Shown piece by piece: positions 58,947 through 64,000 of a stretch of DNA of 64,000 nt. The position numbers and the translations under genes were made by a program. The notes under the pieces were generated by a model that searched no databases, was not told the DNA's origin, and worked only from the letters and a program-made list of their open reading frames with translations. The stretch is from Deltaproteobacteria bacterium (GTDB taxonomy: Bacteria; Myxococcota_A; UBA9160; SMWR01): contig JAQBGU010000096.1 in the NCBI GenBank assembly GCA_032128375.1, positions 8,273-72,272 of the forward strand. Direction: 5' to 3'. Each line of letters begins with the position of its first letter. The first letter of the stretch is position 1.

Positions 58947-60161
58947 TTGGGAATATTCAAGATCGCATGGAGAAACGTGTGGCGCAATCAGCGCCGCACG
59001 ATCGTGACGATCAGTGCGATGAGCCTGGCCCTCACGGTGATGATCTTGTGGAACGGACTACTGGTCGGGTACCTGGAGGGGATGGAACGGAACATTCTCG
59101 AACTCGAAGTGGGTGACCTGCAGATCTTTCCGAACGACTATCGCGACAATCCGTCGATCTACACGCGAATCGATGAGCCTGACGCGCTGCTTTCGCCGCT
59201 TCGCGAGACAGGATTCGAAGCGACCGCACGGCTACTGGCGTTCGGAATGGTGGCGGCCGGTGACGCATCAGCCGGCGTTTCCTTTCGCGGAATCGATATC
59301 GCGCAGGACGCGACGGTCAGCGAGATTCATCGCGAGGTCGCAGCCGGAAGCTGGCTCGACAAGAACGACCCGACCGGAGTCGTGATCGGCCGACGCCTGG
59401 CGCGGATACTTGGCGTCGACCCTGGCTCGGAACTCGTGGTGCTGACCCAAGGAGCAGACGGCTCGATGGCGTATGACCTGTTTTCGGTGCGCGGCATATT
59501 GCGCGGTATCGGGGACGGCACCGACCGCGGTGGTGTATTCGTCGACATCGATGTGCTCAGAGAGTTGATCGTCGTGCCGGGCGGCATACACCAGATCATC
59601 GTCCGCCGCCCCGAAGGACTCGAACTCAACATTGCAGCGCAAATCGTGCGCAACCTCGCGGTAGACCGCGACGTAAAAACCTGGCGCCAGTTGCTCCCGA
59701 CGCTGGCCTCGCTGCTCGATTCTGCGCAGGGCGCGATGATTGCGATGTTCGTAATCGTCTATATCGCGATTGGAATCCTCATCCTGAATGCGATGTTGAT
59801 GGCCGTTTTCGAGCGGGTCCGAGAATTCGGCGTGCTCAAAGCGATCGGCGCTGGACCGATCGACGTGATGCGGCTGATCGTGGCGGAGTGCGCGATCCAG
59901 ACCGGCCTGGCGGTGGCGGTCGGTGTGGGGCTCAGCATTCCAGCCGTCGCGTATCTGGCTGAAACCGGCATCAACCTGCAATCTCTAGCGGGGCTGACGA
60001 TGATGGGAATCGCGATGGACCCGATCTGGAGAGCAACCGTGTCGCCTGGAGTATTCGCGATGCCAATTGGTGTGCTCATCGCGATCGTTTCCATGGCGGT
60101 GCTGTACCCAGCGCTGAAGGCTGCGTTGATCGAACCGGTCGCTGCGATGAGACACCAGTAG
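58947..60161 (+). CDS. ABC permease, LolC/E (FtsX/MacB) family
   Basis: AWRNVWRNQRRT, ERVREFGVLKAIG and YPA motifs. Confidence 0.92.
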   Translation: MGIFKIAWRNVWRNQRRTIVTISAMSLALTVMILWNGLLVGYLEGMERNILELEVGDLQIFPNDYRDNPSIYTRIDEPDALLSPLRETGFEATARLLAFGMVAAGDASAGVSFRGIDIAQDATVSEIHREVAAGSWLDKNDPTGVVIGRRLARILGVDPGSELVVLTQGADGSMAYDLFSVRGILRGIGDGTDRGGVFVDIDVLRELIVVPGGIHQIIVRRPEGLELNIAAQIVRNLAVDRDVKTWRQLLPTLASLLDSAQGAMIAMFVIVYIAIGILILNAMLMAVFERVREFGVLKAIGAGPIDVMRLIVAECAIQTGLAVAVGVGLSIPAVAYLAETGINLQSLAGLTMMGIAMDPIWRATVSPGVFAMPIGVLIAIVSMAVLYPALKAALIEPVAAMRHQ

Positions 60162-60217
60162 TCGAGCCACGGCACTTCTGGTCCGATTGGCTCCACGACC
60201 CAAGGCAACCGACAGTA

Positions 60218-60257
60218 ACTCAGAATAGCTCAGAACAACTCAGAACAACTCAGAACA
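60218..60257. repeat. 10-bp tandem repeat ACTCAGAACA x4
   Basis: actcagaata-gctcagaaca-actcagaaca-actcagaaca in the intergenic space between the two permease genes. Confidence 0.9.
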
Positions 60258-60284
60258 AACTACAACTACCCAAACGACTCCAGG

Positions 60285-61544
60285 ATGGAGAACAAGATGG
60301 CCCGTTCGAATCTCTCATCGATGGCCTGGCACAACCTGTGGCGGAATCGACGCCGTACCGTGTTGACACTTTCTTCGATCGCGTTCGGTACCGGCTTGGC
60401 GGTTCTGTTTACCGGTATCGGCGATTCGAATTGGCGCGGCATGATCGACCTCGCCGCCCGAATGGGTGGCGGCCACGTCACCGTTCAGCACCCCGAATTC
60501 CTGGACACGCCGACACTCAGCCGCACGCTGCCGAATGTGGCTGACATGCGAAAAATCGCGTTGGCCGATCCACAGGTCGAGCGCGCCGTATCGCGGATCA
60601 GCGGCAACATCTTATTGCTGACGGCTGCGCAAAATCGCGGATCGGGTTTCATCGCGTACGACCCGGCGCAGGAAGACACCACGACACTATCCGTGCTCGA
60701 CGCACTCGTCGAAGGAGAGCTGTTCGCCACCGCCGATGACAGCGGGATCATTCTCGGCCGAAAGCTCGCCCAGAATCTCGAAACCAAGATCGGGCACAAA
60801 GTCGTCTACACGCTGACCGACAAAAACGGAGAGATCATCCAGGAAGCCGTTCGCGTTATCGGAATCATCGCTACCGGATCGCCGAGCATCGACGCGGGCT
60901 TGGCCCTGCTGGCAATCGACCGTCTGCGCGGATCGCTGCGCTACACATCCAATGAGGCTACACAGCTCGCCATCTTCTTATCGGACCAACGTGCGGCCGA
61001 CGATGTCGCTTCGCGGCTCGGTGATCATTTCGACCGCGGCTCCGCGGTGCTCACCTGGCAGGAGGTCCAGCCGGACCTGGCCGGTTTCATCGCGATGAAG
61101 ATCGCCGGGGCGCAGTTCATGGAAGCCGTCATCATGGTGCTCGTAGCTGCAGGGATCTTCAACACGATCTTCGTAAGCGTGATGGAACGACTGCGCGAGT
61201 TCGGCGTGATGATGGCGATCGGATTCAGCCCGGGGCGCCTGTTTGGGCTGGTCATGTTCGAGAGCCTGTGGCTCGGCTTGTGCGGCCTGTTGCTCGCTGG
61301 CATCGTCACCGCCTGGCCCTACCACTACCTGTATACGACCGGCATCGATATCTCCACCCAGATCCCGATCGAAAACAGTGAAATCGCGGGTGTTGCGCTC
61401 TCGACCGTGATGCATGCCGAGATCTACCCTGAGAACGTGTTGATCATCGCTGCACTGGCGCTGTTGGCAACCTTGTTGTCGGGGCTCTACCCGGCTTGGA
61501 ATGCCGGCCGCGTCGCGCCCGTCCAAGCGATTCGAGTGGGATGA
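60285..61544 (+). CDS. ABC permease, LolC/E (FtsX/MacB) family
   Basis: AWHNLWRNRRRT, ERLREFGVMMAIG and YPA motifs. Start 60285 or 60297. Confidence 0.92.
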   Translation: MENKMARSNLSSMAWHNLWRNRRRTVLTLSSIAFGTGLAVLFTGIGDSNWRGMIDLAARMGGGHVTVQHPEFLDTPTLSRTLPNVADMRKIALADPQVERAVSRISGNILLLTAAQNRGSGFIAYDPAQEDTTTLSVLDALVEGELFATADDSGIILGRKLAQNLETKIGHKVVYTLTDKNGEIIQEAVRVIGIIATGSPSIDAGLALLAIDRLRGSLRYTSNEATQLAIFLSDQRAADDVASRLGDHFDRGSAVLTWQEVQPDLAGFIAMKIAGAQFMEAVIMVLVAAGIFNTIFVSVMERLREFGVMMAIGFSPGRLFGLVMFESLWLGLCGLLLAGIVTAWPYHYLYTTGIDISTQIPIENSEIAGVALSTVMHAEIYPENVLIIAALALLATLLSGLYPAWNAGRVAPVQAIRVG

Positions 61545-61586
61545 ACTGGCCGTGGACAAATTTGCGCGCGCAGCCCGGGGAGCCCG

Positions 61587-62336
61587 ATGAGCGCAACCGA
61601 AGCGAGCGTGATCGTCGGGTTCAGCGACGTCAGCAAGGAATACCTGCAGGGTTCTCAACGGGTTCATGCACTGCGTGGGTTGTCGTTCCAAGTGGAGCGT
61701 GGTGAGTTCACGGCGATCTGTGGCCCGTCAGGTTCAGGCAAGACCACCGCGTTGAACCTGATCGGCGCGCTCGATCAACCATCGAGCGGTTGCGTAATGC
61801 TCGAAGGTCGGGACCTCTCAGCGCTGACCCGTCGCGAACTGAGCCACCTGCGCCGAGATCGAATCGGGTTCGTGTTCCAGGCCTACAACCTGTTGCCGGT
61901 ACTGACTGCCTACGAGAACGCCGAGTTGGTACTGGCCCTTCAGGGAGTCGAGCTCGCCGAACGCAGAGAGCGGGTCATGAAGCTGCTTGCAGACGTCGGA
62001 CTCGAAGGCATGCAAGACCGGCGCCCGAGCGAGCTATCGGGTGGCCAGCAACAGCGTGTTGCCATTGCCAGAGCCATCGCAGCGGATCCGGCTGTAGTGC
62101 TCGCAGACGAACCTACCGCCAACGTCGATTCTGAGACCGCCAATCGGCTGCTCGACATCATGGAGAGGCTCAACGCCGATCGAAGTGTCACGTTCATCTT
62201 TTCTACTCACGACCCGCAGGTCTTCGAGCGCGCACGCCGGGTGATCCGCGTCGTTGACGGCCGAATCGAATCTGACAGCGCTCCCGTATCCAGTGCCGCG
62301 TCCGCCGCCACTGGCAATGTTGGCTCGTCGAATTGA
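61587..62336 (+). CDS. ABC transporter ATP-binding protein (LolD/MacB-like)
   Basis: GPSGSGKT, GFVFQAYNL, LSGGQQQR, ADEPTAN and STHD motifs. Confidence 0.95.
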   Translation: MSATEASVIVGFSDVSKEYLQGSQRVHALRGLSFQVERGEFTAICGPSGSGKTTALNLIGALDQPSSGCVMLEGRDLSALTRRELSHLRRDRIGFVFQAYNLLPVLTAYENAELVLALQGVELAERRERVMKLLADVGLEGMQDRRPSELSGGQQQRVAIARAIAADPAVVLADEPTANVDSETANRLLDIMERLNADRSVTFIFSTHDPQVFERARRVIRVVDGRIESDSAPVSSAASAATGNVGSSN

Positions 62337-62935
62337 CAACTCTTCAGTGCTGGTTCGAGTTTGGAAGTACCTATTCGTATCTGTCAGCGTCGCGAATCGG
62401 CGCGGTGGCCAACGCCGTGTGCGTAGAAGTTCGCTGGGAGCCATTCCTGCTGGGCCCGCTTTTTCGGGAATTCGGATGGGACGATTCGCCGTTCAATCTC
62501 TACCCCGTCAAGGGCCGCTACATGTGGCGCGACATGCAGCGGTTGTGCGAAGGCTATCAGCTGCCCTTCCAAAAGCCCTCCGTGTTCCCGCGTAATGGCC
62601 TGTTGGCGGCGCGCATCTGCTGCGTGGGCGACGGCGAGCCGTGGCTTCCGGCCTTTATCAAAGCGACCTTCGAGGCCAATTTCGGCCACGACCTCGACAT
62701 CGCGGACCCCCGCGTGCTTCGTGGGCTTCTCGACGGCCTCGGCCAATCCAGCGAGGCGATACTGCGGGAAGCCGGCGGTGAAGTCGCGAAGCAGCGACTT
62801 CGCGCCAACACCGATCGAGCCCGCGAGATCGGCATCTTCGGCGCGCCGAGCTTTGTCGTGGGGACTGAGCTGTACTGGGGGAACGACCGGCTGGGTGACG
62901 CGATCGCGTGTGCGGCGACGGGCGGTATCGGCTAG
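62333..62935 (+). CDS. 2-hydroxychromene-2-carboxylate isomerase / DsbA-like (GST kappa) family protein
   Basis: FEFGSTYSYL, KGRYMWRD, GIFGAPSF and WGNDRL motifs. Confidence 0.88.
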   Translation: MTTLQCWFEFGSTYSYLSASRIGAVANAVCVEVRWEPFLLGPLFREFGWDDSPFNLYPVKGRYMWRDMQRLCEGYQLPFQKPSVFPRNGLLAARICCVGDGEPWLPAFIKATFEANFGHDLDIADPRVLRGLLDGLGQSSEAILREAGGEVAKQRLRANTDRAREIGIFGAPSFVVGTELYWGNDRLGDAIACAATGGIG

Positions 62936-63112
62936 CAGCCCGAGCCAAGACGGGTCGGGCGACGACGTGGAAGCTTTCGTCGCGCAACGGCAAACGCGCG
63001 AACGAGTCGTGCATGCTGCGATCGATCGCTGGCCGGGCGTCGAACTACTCGCGTCAACGCCGGCCGGCGAAACTGGCAGCGCGGCAGGCTGACACACAAT
63101 CGGACCAGACTT

Positions 63113-64000
63113 CTAGCCGTGAATCTCTTGCAGCGATTTCACACCGATCGTATTTTCTCGCAATGCGCGGATGGCACCCACCGCCGCGCGCGCGCCGGCC
63201 ACGGTGGTGAAGTAGGGAACACCTCGCAACAACGCCGACCGCCGAATCGACGCCGAGTCTCGGATCGAGGTGATGTCTGAATCCACGGTGTTGATGACCA
63301 GATCCACGTCGCCTGCGTCGATTCGCTCGACAGTATCGGGGTGGCCGTGGCCGACCTTCGGCACACTCTCCGCATCGATCCCGAGCCCGCGCAATGAATC
63401 GGCGGTACCCGATGTGGCCAGCACACTGAAACCGAACGACGAAAGCTCTCGAATCGCTTCGCAGATGGGCGCGCGGTCCTCCATTCGAACCGACACGAAA
63501 ACCCTGCCGCTCGTCGGTAGGCTGTTGCCAGCCTGCACCTGCGCTTTGGCGTAGGCACGGCCGAAGTCAGAATCGATACCCATCACCTCGCCTGTGCTCT
63601 TCATCTCCGGGCCCAACAGCGTATCGGCTCCGGGGAACTTTACGAATGGGAAGACCGCTTCTTTCACCGAGACGTGTTTGGGCCAGATCTCTTCGGTGAA
63701 GCCGAGTTCTTCCAGGCTCTGACCGACCATCACCAGGCTCGCCAACTTCGCGAGAGGCCGACCGATGGCTTTCGAAACGAATGGGATGGTACGCGAGGCG
63801 CGCGGGTTCACCTCGATCACGTACAGTTCGCCTCCCTTTACCGCGTATTGCACGTTCATCAGACCCTTGACGCCCAGTTCGACGGCCAACTTCCGCGTCG
63901 ATTCCAGAATCTCGTCGATGATGGTCTTGGTCAACGAGTATGGCGGCAGTGCGCACGCGCTATCGCCCGAGTGCACGCCGGCCTGTTCGATGTGCTCCAT
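63113..64000 (-). CDS. carB: Carbamoyl-phosphate synthase large subunit, C-terminal part (5'-truncated by window edge)
   Basis: HIEQAGVHSGDS, EVNPRASRT, GPEMKSTGEVMG and MGS-like domain. Confidence 0.97.
   Translation of the reverse strand: MEHIEQAGVHSGDSACALPPYSLTKTIIDEILESTRKLAVELGVKGLMNVQYAVKGGELYVIEVNPRASRTIPFVSKAIGRPLAKLASLVMVGQSLEELGFTEEIWPKHVSVKEAVFPFVKFPGADTLLGPEMKSTGEVMGIDSDFGRAYAKAQVQAGNSLPTSGRVFVSVRMEDRAPICEAIRELSSFGFSVLATSGTADSLRGLGIDAESVPKVGHGHPDTVERIDAGDVDLVINTVDSDITSIRDSASIRRSALLRGVPYFTTVAGARAAVGAIRALRENTIGVKSLQEIHG

Noticed and set aside
62967..63092. Short ORF VEAFVAQRQTRER... after the isomerase gene
   Set aside because: About 41 codons with no RBS or recognisable motif; cannot be supported.

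Overview
GC-rich, gene-dense chromosomal segment from a diderm bacterium. A Myxococcota/deltaproteobacteria-like origin is my inference from gene content only. The window runs from a 5'-truncated mgtE to a 5'-truncated carB. Housekeeping blocks: aminotransferase-hom-thrC-ribE, an NhaC-type antiporter next to a K+-independent H+-pyrophosphatase, a ThDP enzyme and recG. The main feature is a cell-envelope modification island at about 26.6-55.1 kb, with an outlier pair at 1.2-4.3 kb. Counting the outlier pair, it encodes 8 intact GT-C-type membrane glycosyltransferase-like proteins plus 1 decayed copy. It also has 3 polyprenol-phosphate-sugar synthase-like GT2s, a GT4, a flippase-like protein, 4 SAM methyltransferases, an acyltransferase, a GNAT-like protein, a deacetylase, a desaturase/hydroxylase and 2 exported AlkP-superfamily enzymes. 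I recognised no nucleotide-sugar synthesis or Wzx/Wzy/Wzz genes. Two paralogous LolCDE-like ABC systems lie on either side; one has a LolA-like protein and a putative beta-barrel and sits next to a sulfotransferase. Several genes resemble plant/fungal families: an Nma111/DEG7-type double HtrA protease whose signal-peptide region has no canonical start codon, a plant-type threonine synthase and a tandem GST-N protein. There are also two multiply lesioned pseudogenes, four short tandem-repeat tracts at gene 5' ends and a three-hairpin leader before hppA. I found no rRNA, tRNA, CRISPR or mobile element. All family calls come from motif recognition, not database searches.
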